64,000 nucleotides of DNA from assembly GCA_003427395.1 (NCBI GenBank), contig BFEA01000007.1, forward strand, positions 6,407,841-6,471,840. Direction: 5' to 3'. Shown piece by piece: positions 49,700 through 61,033 of the stretch (position 1 is the stretch's first letter; each line of letters begins with the position of its first letter). Made by a program: the position numbers and the translations under genes. The DNA is from Chara braunii. Taxonomy: Eukaryota; Plantae; Charophyceae. The notes under the pieces were generated by a model. That model did not search any database. It saw nothing but the letters and a program-made list of their open reading frames with translations, and was not told the DNA's origin.

Positions 49700-52600
49700 A
49701 GCGGGGGATCCACCTAAAGAGGTACATACCCTAACTACCTCTGGATAGTTAACTAGGTGGGGACCGTCTTTCTTTTCAGTTTCTGCCAGGGGAGCCTTCG
49801 GATGGGAGGATGTCTGTCTATTTACATCCGAAGTTTCTGTAAAGGCAATTGAGACCCCTACTAGTTGTTCCTTTTGGTATCTTATAACTGGGCAATATGG
49901 AACAATGTGGTTGGGGTCACCACATTTAAGGCACTAGTCGACAACTTTCCTTTCTTGTCAGACTTTCTCTGTAATCCCTAACTTCTCCCAAGGTCTGCCT
50001 TCCGACAAACCGGGATGGGGTGGATATTACTTATCCCGATTTCCGAGAGAAGGTTAATAAATGTTTCTATTTTCAGGTTGTTTTCAGCTGCTTCAGACGG
50101 GTGTGAGGTACTTGGATGAGAAAACTTAAAACTGCTTTCAAAAGCTTCAGCCACTTCAGGTCATTTCAGAGGTTCTAGATTCTCACTTGAAACTCCTGTA
50201 ATGACTTGAAGTGGCTGAAGCTTTTGAAAGCGGTTTCAGGTCCCCCCATCCAAGCATTTGGATGGGGGGACCTGAAACCGCTTTCATGCTTGGATGGGGG
50301 GACCTGAAACCGCTTTCATAAGCTTCAGCCACGTCATATCATTTCAGAGGTTTTAGATCTTCCCACCTGAAAGTCCTGAAATTATCTGAAGTGGCTGAAA
50401 ATCTGAAAGCGGTTTCAGATGTCCCCATCCAACCATTTGGATGGGGGGACCTGAAACCTCTTTTAGAAACTTCAATCACTTCATATAATTTCAAAGGTTT
50501 CAGGTCTCTCCATCTGAAACTCCTGAAATAATATGAAGTGGCTGAAAATACGAAAGCGGTTTCAGATACCCCAATCCAACCATTTGAAGGGGGGGACCTG
50601 AAACCACTTTCAGAAGTTTCAGCCACTACAAATCATGTCAGAGGTTTCAGGTCTCCCCATCTGAAACTTCTGAAATAATATGAACTTGATGAAAATTTGA
50701 AAGCGGTTTGAGATGCATCAATCAAACCATTTGGATGGGGGGACCTGAAACCGCTTTCAGAAGCTTCACCCACTTCAGGTCTTTTCAGAGGTTTCAGGCC
50801 TCCCCACCTGAAACTCCTGAAATGACTTGAAGTGGACTATAACAACGTTGAATAAAAAAAAAAAAACAGGCAAAAAAATAAAGGAAAAAAGCATAAAATT
50901 TGACCCCCAAACCACCTGTAACTCCTGAAATGGCATGAAATGTCTTCAGGTCATTCCAGTGATTTCAAACCTCTCCTAATAGACTTCAGGATCTTTCATT
51001 CTGAAATTTCAGGAGGTCGTTAACAACTTGTGCAATTTCCATACCACGTGCCTCTTCCTCTACCCCATGTGAAGTTGGAACCTCGACCACCTCGTGAGGG
51101 ACCATTGCCCCTTCCACCCACGTAGAAGCTACCTTCGCCACCACCCCTCTAGGTGTCGGGTCCTCTTCCTCCACGTCGGCAGCCTCCTCTTCCTCGACCA
51201 CGACCTCTTCCATGTCGCCCTCCCCTGCGGGCTGCAACGGCCACGTAATCCTCCTCCTGAACTACCGTACCGTTAGGTGCTCCCTCCAGACCATAGTCTA
51301 TTTGGTCGTAGGAGAGAGTCTTGACACCTCCTTCTTCAAAGGTCAGAAGAAGGTTGTCTTTCCCAGGTATATTCCCTGAGATTGTGCGGTTCTACCACTT
51401 CTTTCCCGCTTGCAGATCTTTCCGATAGTGGCAATAATTTGCTTCTGCCAGGAAGCCAACATGATCTAGTGTGATCTTGTTGAACTTCTCATATGTCATC
51501 CCCTCTTCTTTGCTACGGGGATACAGTTGAGTACGAAGTGAGTTAGGTAAGTGCTCTTGCAAAGTTATTCAGAATCTAAGTTGGGGTGAGTCCATGTTCA
51601 GCACATTGTAAGAGTTCATCCATGGTAGCCTTGAACGCAAACCCACTCTTCCATTTTCTATCTGCAATGTTAAGAATCAGCATTTCGGTTCTCCGGGTTA
51701 GATTTTTATCCTCAAACCTTTCTCAAACAGCTTTAAAGAAGTCTTCAATTCGCGTTTGTTGGGAGTATTCTACCATGGATTGACCACCTGTTTCTTTCTG
51801 CAAAGAGATTGCAGAACTCATGGCATCTCCGACCATACATGAACTTGCCATCAAAACTCTGTCCCAATATGCTATGTGCTGCCCATAGACATAGGATTCG
51901 ACTGCCGCAATCCAATGCAATAGACTTTCTTCCTTTTTGCCCATGTAAGTCTACGACACTTTTACTTTAATCTTCCTTACATCCCCTGATTCCGGTTGGT
52001 GCACTCCCTTTTTCTTATCTCCATCTCCATCATCTCCATCTTCGTCTCCTCCATCGCCATCTCCTTCATCTCCTCCGCCGCCACCTAATATTTTCTTGGC
52101 CACGGCGTGATTTGCCTGTCTCTTGGCCAGTTGTTCATGCACCGTCTCTACGCAAGTTATTATACGTCTATCAACTTTCTGTGCTTAGCTTTGCAGAAAG
52201 TTGTTCCAAACCTCTTCAAACTCAAATTGATGGTTTTCGAGTTTCTGCACATTTTTCGTTAATGCGGCGAGCTGTTTGTTGGTATGGAGGAGGGTATCAG
52301 TGAGGAGGGAGAGTCGATCATCGGAGGCAGGTGACTTCTCCTTCTGTTCTTGTAATTGCCTTAGAAAATTATCCCCCTCTTCTTTCAATCTTTTCTTTTC
52401 TTCAAATTCTTGCCTCTTTGCTGCCACCATTTTATTATTTAATTCTGCTTCCTTTTCTTGAATCATAATTTCTTTCTTTGCAGGGTCTTCTGTTGCAGCC
52501 TGCAGCTCAACAAAGGCATTCTTGTCTTCCTCCGACTCAACATATATGGGGGTCCTATATCCAAACTGATCTAGCCAATTCATGGTTTCCATCTGAATTG

Positions 52601-52915
52601 AGATGCCACCAGTCTTGCTGGATTCCCCTCTTTCTGTCCGACGTCTGTACAATCTCTCACCATCCTCTGATTCTATTTTTTTTTTTTTTTTCTTCTTCTT
52701 CCACTGCCTTCAACTCTTCCTTCAATTTTTTTTCTTTCTCCTTCATTTCTTTTTCTAATTTTTATCTTTCTTCCTTTATTTTCTTTACCTCTTCTTCTTT
52801 CTATTTCTTTTTTAATTCTTTCTCTTTCTGTTTTTCTGCCATGCGGCGATCCACTTCTGCCTGTTCCGCCGCTGACAGCCCTTGCTTCGTTTTACCTGAT
52901 CTCATCATCATATGG
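49700..52915 (-). pseudogene. Chromovirus gag (coiled-coil N-terminus, capsid region, RGG tract, CCHC knuckle), interrupted by a family-Y element
   Basis: CLKCGDPNHIVPYC (~49891-49935); RRGGRHGRGRGRGRGG (~51160-51235); ESLLHWIAAVESYV capsid-like segment; many stops. Confidence 0.85.
50045..51032. mobile_element. 988-bp foldback-like non-autonomous DNA transposon (family Y)
   Basis: Ends GAGAGAAGGTTAAT / GTTAACAACTTGTG match those of 40410-40823; TSD CGATTTCC (50037-50044) / CAATTTCC (51033-51040); internal palindromic repeat array. Confidence 0.88.
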
Positions 52916-53111
52916 GAGGAGCACACCCTCCCGAAGCCAAGGGGGAAGAAGAGGTTGTACAATGGCCCCAACAAAATGGAGAGGGCCACCATACCGAACA
53001 TCGGATAGTCATCCATGATGGGTACAACACAGGGGTGGCCTCCGCTGTCCCACCAAACAGCTACCCGGAACCTAGTCTACTTAAGTGGATGAGATCTGTT
53101 TTTTTTTTTTT

Positions 53112-53574
53112 AAGTCTGGATGTCGCTGCTTCAGAACAACGAAATTTGATAATGCAAAGGATATATAACGTTTTCCTAATCAATATACAAAGTAGAAACT
53201 CTCTTTTTCTTTTTTTTTTTCCCCTCTTCTTTTGTTTGCTGCCTGTTTAGTTACTTAGCTGGTCTATGCCTTCAATGGTCTGTCTGGTCACTTTCGTTAG
53301 AGAAGGTAGCTGGGAGATACTCAAACTTACTTCANCCCCCCCCCCCCCCAAAGTCTGGATGTTGCTGCTTCAGAACAACGAAATTTGATAATGCAAAGGA
53401 TATATAACGTTTTCCTAATCAATATACAAAGTAGAAACTCTCTTTTTCTTTTTTTTTCCCTTCTTCTTCCTTTGTTTGTTGTCTGTGTAGTTACTTAGCT
53501 AGTCTATGCCTTCAATGGTCTGTCTGGTCACTTTTGTTAGACAAGATAGCTGGGAGATACTCAAACTTACTTCA
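53112..53574. repeat. ~223-bp duplication either side of a single N and a poly-C run; probably a contig-join artefact
   Basis: 53112-53334 resembles 53351-53574; N at 53335. Confidence 0.8.
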
Positions 53575-54069
53575 AAATCAAATCCAAATAATCACGAGTT
53601 TCCCTGTTCTCAGCCACTTACACTCTGATGTGGCAGTACACAGTTCCCTGACTCAACCTTCCTTCCCTACCTATCGACAGACCAGATAGCTAACACGAAG
53701 ACCAGATATTGACTCTCTAGTCCTTTCTGTCTGATCAGACCAGGCCACAGGTTTTGTCCAGACAGCAGCAGCGACCACCAGAGAGGAGGGGGAAGAGATA
53801 CATGACACACAAATTTGCAATCAATCGAGGTAAGTGAGCAAGAGGTCCTTCTCTTCTTTGTAGCTGCTGATGAAGACTCCACGTTCGCTCCAATCGCTCC
53901 AATCGCAGGTAGATCTTCTCCTCACTAGCCCCTTCTTCTTCGGCAAACTTCCCCCTCTATCCCAATCCAACACCTCATCACCTCAACTCTCGCCAGCTAT
54001 ACTCAAGCCAGCTTATCCTTCTCGCCGACCTTGATCATGCCAGCGCGTCCAGTGAGAGTAACAAGTTCT

Positions 54070-54081
54070 GCTCCGATACCA
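54070..54081 (-). promoter_or_regulatory. Primer-binding site for initiator tRNA-Met
   Basis: TGGTATCGGAGC, one mismatch from canonical TGGTATCAGAGC, 4 nt after the LTR. Confidence 0.9.
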
Positions 54082-54085
54082 AATT

Positions 54086-55169
54086 TGCAAGGAACCCGAC
54101 TGTTCATCACTTGCTGGAGTGCATCAGATCACATGCATATACACTGATTTCACAGTTTGCGAAGTCTCACATAAAACCCAATAGAAGATGAATGAGAACC
54201 AGGAAGATCAACTCAAATATCAAACCCAGAATTAGAGAGAGAACATCGTGGGTTCAAAGTGTATAGCGCTGAACAGAGATTACAAGTCTTCTTCGATCAA
54301 CATGAGTTCCAAGCCTCGCGCTCATCAGCGCCAGTTGCCAACAACAGCGCTCAACAGGTAAGTGTCACCATAGCTCACACTTCCCCCTCTCTCGTTTGCC
54401 TTCTTCTCTCTCTCCCTCTATGTCTATAGTCCTGGTCTACCCTCACTCATCATGCATGCACACTCCCTATCACACGAGGATCTACTCTGAATACTACCCA
54501 CTGGTGTCTCCTACTGACCATCTCTACTAACATACTAACTGCCGCTGGCGCAGCTATGGCTGCCTTCCCTCTAGCCAGCACTCTNCCTTCCTTCTCACAT
54601 AGCGCTGCTCTTCAGCCTAGCGCAGCTCACACACATCTAGCGCACAAGTGCCACGGCACTTCCACACTCTCATGCGAAGTGAGCATCTGTCCAAATGGGA
54701 GGCTGGCCAGTCCTTTATAGTGGTGGACTCGCCTGGCATGGCCTGCATTCAGCCTCAAGTGTCTGGGACTCCTGCCCAGTACCCGTTGTTGCAAAGTGTG
54801 TGTCCCAGTATCTTTTCCCATGGTCTGCTGCTGCTTTGGGCCATCGGGCCTGTCTTTTGGACTCCTGGTCTGAATCAGGACTGACTCGTGGGATTATGAC
54901 TGGACTGGGACTGTAGCCTTTGACTCATTACCGAACAGACATGTCTTTTCATCGAGGAGACATGACCCTAACTCAGTCTTGAAAATTGTGTCCCATACCT
55001 GTTCGTTCAGGACCTGTTTGTGACCTTTCAAATGAGTTTTCACTTCATTATGGATGCGCCATTTACCTCAGGAACTTTGTCTTTTGAGTTGCTGCTCGTG
55101 AATTTAAGTTCTCGTTGCTGTTGCCTGTTGGGGCACCCATTTGGGTTCTGATTCGAAAAGGCCCTTTTA
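54086..55169 (-). repeat. 5' LTR of the chromovirus
   Basis: Matches 44924-46015; followed on the minus strand by the PBS. Confidence 0.95.
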
Positions 55170-56222
55170 TACAGAAAACCAAGTTGTGAAATCACACAGA
55201 TGTCCAGGTAGTCGTGTACAAGCAGAGAGCATCAATGCACCCAGATCCCATCCAAATAAGAGCAATACAATGAAGTAATGAGCCAATGCTCAAGCCCTCA
55301 GGCCACACCAACACAGTATCCAAAGTCGCTCCTTGCTGTCGGGCTCCCAGCGCCCAGCCTACACTACCTGACTATTCTACCTACATCAGCATTCTCGTAA
55401 CAGGCTCACTTCGACTCTCAAAGACCAATATACATGATGTCAACACCATAGTCGACGTCTTACATGTACCAGGTACGTATCTCGCTTCCCCTCATCAGAC
55501 CCTGTCCACACACACTCGCCTCCTTCCTGAAGACCACCGATTGCCCACCTTACCCCCTAGCGCCCAGCAGCCCGGCCATGGCTGCCAGCGCCCCACTGCC
55601 CTGCAGCGCTGCACTTCACCACTCTCGCGCCCGCACGCGCCCTGGCCGCAGCGCAGCATGCCGTGTCTCGTGCAGGCCAGCATGCCCAGGCCCTGGCTGC
55701 TCTCCTTCTTATATGGAAGTGACAGCCCCTGCATTGCTGCGTGTGGTCTGGCTGGAAGCTTCCAGTAGCTTCCTGTTGGGCCCCATTCCTGCGCTCAGGT
55801 CCGAGACGACAGTTGAGGGCCTGGGCCCTTCACAGTTGGACACGGCCTGAGTCTTCGGACTTGGGCCGTTTGCTGCACTTGCACAGGACCCCGGGGTAGG
55901 TACGTTGACAGTACTGCTTTTGCACAGTCCTGTGGCTACTTCATGATGTATCGGCCCTGCTTTGTGTGTATGTGCCCAGGCGCAACTGCCAAGGCCTGGG
56001 CCAACTGTACGACGCAGCTTAGGGAGGCTCGCGCGTCCACTCAACCAACTGGTGGGCTGCAACAGCCTGAATACCCATATATGAAAATGTCGAGTTTTGG
56101 TCTCTGATGAATATTCAGGCCCGCCTTCACTTAGGGAGGGCACTTGGCTTGCTGGGGGGCTCTGCCCAGAACATGTGTTTGCCTGATAAGGGCCCCTGTG
56201 AGGGGTCATTCCTCACATATAT

Positions 56223-56549
56223 CATGGCAACCGGCCGGACGTCTGGACCGGAATCCAGACGGTCCGGTTGTCTGGGTATGGGTCCGGTGTCTGGTCCGGT
56301 AGGTCTGGATTGGGCCCAATTTTGAAAAATTCGATTTTTTTTTTGGCGAGGGCTAGGACGTTTTTCAGGTCCTAAGCTGCCCCAAAAAACGCCCCCGGTA
56401 TTTTTTGGCCGTTTCAGGGCCTACCAGACGCCGCCAGACGCTTCCAACAGCTCCCTCTGCTGTTGTACTACGCTGGTAGTTCATCGGATGAGGATGAGTC
56501 TGATTCCAAAAATTAAGCGCTGGCTGCAAAGCGCCACAGAACATCAAGC

Positions 56550-56587
<38 letters not shown>

Positions 56588-56679
56588 TATGGTCAGATCT
56601 GAGATCCCGTCTTAGATCTGGTCCTGACCAGATCACCGATCTGTTCTTAGTACTTCTTATGCAGATCTGAATAACTTAA

Positions 56680-56717
<38 letters not shown>

Positions 56718-57156
56718 CAAGAAGGCCCCATCTGGGGGGCATATGAATATGAATTAGAAAGTCTAACTTCAAAGTTCAAAGTTCTGTTTTTTCCTGATTT
56801 TCGTACTCTTTTCTGAAGTGACTTGGGATTGTTCTGTTGAGAACTGGTTTCAAGTGTTGTGTGAGCCTTTGTGAACGTCTGTGACAGTATTGACTCTATT
56901 GAGCTGTCAAGTTCTGAATAGTGAAAGACAGTAAGCTGTGGTTAATACCGATTATAAGTTATTACTTTTTTTTTCTTTTTTTTTTCTCCCCGGTCCGGAC
57001 ATTTTTTTTGTGTCTGGTGCACCGGTCCGGATGGTCCTGGTCTGATCCTGTCCGGTTGTCCGGTGCCTGTCCGGATTACCGGGCGTCTGGACCAGTCCAG
57101 ACAAATGTCTGGGCCTCGGTCCAGACATGTCTGGGTCCAGGTCCGGGGTTGCCATG
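56223..57156. mobile_element. 934-bp hAT-like non-autonomous element
   Basis: TIR CATGGCAACC / GGTTGCCATG; dense subterminal TCCGG/CCAGAC/GTCTGG motifs at both ends; internal (GA)n and poly-T; TSD only partly matching. Confidence 0.8.
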
Positions 57157-58739
57157 ATATTTACACATACAGCACTACCGGGAAAAAAAAAAAGAAAAGG
57201 AAAGAAAGAAAAAAAAAAAACGGAAGGCCTGCGTAAATAGGGCGCAAAGACGGGAGGGGAGATTCCACAACACTCCCAAATGTTGTGCTCTCTGTTTGCG
57301 GCCAACTTACACAGGCCTCACCAACAGATTTATTGCTGCAGAATGGAGCCTCGTGAAGAGTCGGTCCTCGTCACTGGAGGAGGCCCGTAATGCTCTTTGT
57401 TTTTCCTTTGGTTCTTTTTTTTTTTTTAAACGAGTAATCTTTCCGAATCAGGGCACAGCGCCCAAGGCCAGATACACAACATGTAGCAGTCAAACGGGAC
57501 AGCCTGTTTATCCTGCTCTGCCAAGAGCTCAGACCCCATCCCTTTACACAATCTTGTGAGCTCAGAGCCTTGTCCCTTCACACAATCCTTTCATACCGAA
57601 ATATAAGCCCAGGGCGGACCCAGACACCAGACCACCAATTACAAAGACTACAAATCAGAGCGCACATCTCACAAATCTCGAACAAAGGTACGATTTGGTA
57701 GAGCTAGGGCGGTTGTAGGCATGGTAGTCTCAGAAGTTCAGTAGCAGCTAGCTTAGGTGGCAGCCTGTGGGCTGCGTGGAGTCTGTAGTGAAACCCTTGC
57801 AGGCATTTCAGCCTGTAAGCTAAGCTGGACTGGATGATGCTTCCAGTACTTCCTTGACCGGGGCCCATGTCCCACTTGCACCATAGAGGTAGCTCTACAT
57901 GGAGTTTTCAGCCACGTGTGACTTAGTGTGACGGCTGAGAATCATCAGTTGGTGGATTTGGTGGGGATATTTGTTTTCCATTTTGTTTTGCATTTTCGTT
58001 TGGGAAATATAACGTAAATTGAGGACTGTTTGAACAGAACGCCCCCTGCCCTTCCCCTTTTCCGTGAAGCTAGCTCCCCCATTCGGAGTGGGACAGCTAG
58101 TTCTACAGAAGTTATCATTACCTCCTCCTGGGAGGGCACTCTGAGGGGCGTGGGAGGACACTCTGAGGGACATGGGAGGGCACTCGTTTGGTTCATTTCA
58201 GAGGTGAATGCACACTCCACGTTCATTTCACGCTACTTCGTGAAGTACACGGAGAGTTCCCTATACTATGGAGAGTTTCACTAGAGGAGATTTTGTTTCC
58301 CGGGGTAAGAGGTTGGACCGGTGTGCTTCCACCGGCGCTACGGCGCTCAGACCAAGCGCAGCCACAAAATCTACCAACACGATCGTGCTTCGGCAGAGGG
58401 TGGAGTTGCATAGCGTCGCCATGACGGCGCGACATAGCTATGCTGCTATGGCAACTCGCGGTCTCTGGTTTCGACCTCGTACTACACAAGAGGTTGTAGA
58501 CAGCTAAGCTTGTGGTTGCTCCATAGCTACTAGAAGGACTTCTCAACTCCTGTTTGCGGTGCTAGTATAGAGGGTATTTCTAGATAGGCGAACCTCGAAT
58601 ATGCCGACCTCCAAGAGGACATAGTGACAATTATCAATTGATATGTACGCTTGGGTTCAAGCTTAAAAGGAAGAGAAACGGAATTAGTAGCCAAGTACAC
58701 ACTCAGTCTTGAGTGTAGCGGAGTGCTAAGAACGTGGAA

Positions 58740-61033
58740 ATGACGGAAGTAGAGATGGACAGAGGCGCGAGATCCCCGCCGGCCGCTCCAGCCGGAACAG
58801 AAGAAGACAATGATAGACTACACGAATTAGCAAGAAGATGCTATGTAGATGGAGTTATGCCAGCAAGCATCAACCCACGAGAAATGAGTAGAGAAGGACG
58901 GGAAGTGCGCTTCAGAGTCAGTAGAAATATCGATCAGATAAAGATAAGCTGGCTGAAGGAACACACTGTAACCATAATCTTCCGGGATGAGGCGAGATTT
59001 CTCTCACGAAAGGTCAAAGAAGATATTGTAAGAGCATTCAAAGATGAGAAGGTGAGCGAGGGATCCTTCGACGCAGGCACTTGCAACCGTGGAAGGGTTA
59101 AAATAGAGAGCCCAAACGTGATATCATACGTTGCGAAGAGCATGGCAATTGCCAACTGCCTGATTATCAAAGGCAGAGATGAGCTCACGATTGGTTCTTC
59201 ACACTAAGTATTAAAATGTAAATTGTGGCTTACAAAGGCCCAATTGAAGGCCCAAAGGCACGAGGAAGATGAAGCTGTCTTTTGGGTAATAGCAGTACAA
59301 GTCCCGTTAGACGCGTTCTTTTACCTCAAAGCACAAGTGGCACGAGCTATAGGACCGATTGCTCGCACACATCCTGCAGAACAAGATAGACTGAAGCCAG
59401 CTTTGATTAACATAAAGTTTGAAATCGAACTGGAGTCGAGAGGCAACATGAAAGACAAAATATGGGTGGACACCTGTGAGGGAGATGCACTGGAAGTCAG
59501 ACTGGTGTCTTCAGAAAAACCAAGGTGCAGGCGGTGCAGGGCGTGCTTTCACACGGAGGTGGAATGTAGAAGGAATAGACAACAATGGCAACAAGGGCAA
59601 GCGGAACCGTCGCAACAAGCTCAATCGGAGTCAACAAGCCGCCCACAATAACAAGGTCATCTTCAACCACTCTGGACCCAAGGAACAAGGATGGGCGGTG
59701 GTCAAGCTGAAGGAGGAGGCGGAGCAACTCAGGCTGCCCTCGGCCCGGAAGGCGGTCCTGCATCGATTTTCTCCGGAGTCAGGCAGGCGATACATCGCCT
59801 AAGCAAGGAACGGGAGCAAACCAAAGGGACACTGCCACCACGCCTGGTCTGGGGATGCCACCACAAGGAATCCCCTACGCAAACCAAGGTCAACAACAGA
59901 CGGAATCGGGATACTTGCCCACCATGGGTAATCAGGAGTTATTCCCACGAGGGAATATTGCCCGTAATAATCCAGTCTTCTCTCCAGGTCAAGCAGCTCC
60001 TTCTCCTTGGCGGGGGATCTGTCAACAAATGCGGGAGGACAACCTTGTATCCTATACCTAGGCATGCAGCCATATGTGAGTTCTACATTTCTACCTTATG
60101 GCAATCCCTCAGTAGCGGCAGGTCAACAATCTCCAGCAGCTATGGGCCAAGCAACAACATTCGGAAGTCAGGAGACCCCAGTCAGACGCATGGAGAAAAG
60201 TGGTCAGCAGAGTGGGCTACCTTTACGTGGAGCGTCCACGTCTACAGTTCCACGGGACACTAGTCTATCACTGGGAGGACAGTCAAGACCAAGAAGTGAT
60301 GCACTGGGAAAGCAGCGGTGTCTGGATGGGCCGTCTTTGACTTCCTCACTCCATAGGAATAAGGAATGGATGTCCCCCCCCCGGATCGGATAGTTCATAG
60401 ACCACTATCGGAGACACTCCAGGCACGAAGACGACATGAAGAAGGACCCCTGTCTCACTCCACCGAGGTCAGATCAACGACCTCGAGGTAAGGATCCTCC
60501 CGCTGTTCTGTACGTTCACCCGTAACAATCAGTGGATCGTATCCGTTGTCGGACCAAATGGGACTCAAGCCTTCGTCAACATCTTTGCTCCAGAACAGCG
60601 GACGCCAGGATCAATCTTTACCTTGATTCGATCAACGGTTAGAAATAAATTTCAATTTCGATGGATTACCGATGAGCTGATGGTTAGGTTGATTACCAAT
60701 GTTCCCAATGCTCGTGGTAAGAAATTGAAATTCTTTGTCCCGCTTTTTGATGCTAGATTTGACCCAGGGCAATTGGAATCTCTGGAAGCCAAAGGCCTTA
60801 GGCTCATGAAAAAAAGACGACAGGAACTTGGACGACTGAATATTCCTCCCCACTGTTCCGCTGAGATTTTGACGGAAGTAGAAGGACGACTCCCTAATAT
60901 GAAGAAGCTGAACTCACACTTCGTCAAGAATTGTCTTGCCTCCCCGTGGAAAACTGAAGTTAAGAGTACCCTCCCACTCCACCCCTGGAATCCAACCATC
61001 AGCGGGAGAAGCGGCAGGAAATGTCTAAGCTAA
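58740..61033 (+). pseudogene. LINE ORF1 (zinc knuckle followed by a Q/G/P/S-rich region); disrupted
   Basis: 58734-59207 and 59223-59651 are in the same frame across one TAA; CRRCRACFHTEVEC (CX2CX4HX4C); the last segment (60623-61033) overlaps the ORF2 start. Confidence 0.8.

Larger units (their letters stand above)
44924..55169 (-). mobile_element. Full-length, disrupted Ty3/gypsy chromovirus (gag-PR-RT-RH-INT-chromodomain)
   Basis: Two ~1.09-kb LTRs ~95% identical by eye; PBS-Met; TSD (A)TACA on both sides; domain order PR-RT-RH-INT-CHD. Confidence 0.96.
44894..56217. mobile_element. Solo LTR (~1.07 kb: 44894-44923 plus 55174-56217) split by the chromovirus insertion
   Basis: Termini TGCAAGTAAT...ATTCCTCACA (imperfect inverted); TATA on both flanks (44890-44893, 56218-56221) inside a TA microsatellite. 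Confidence 0.55.
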
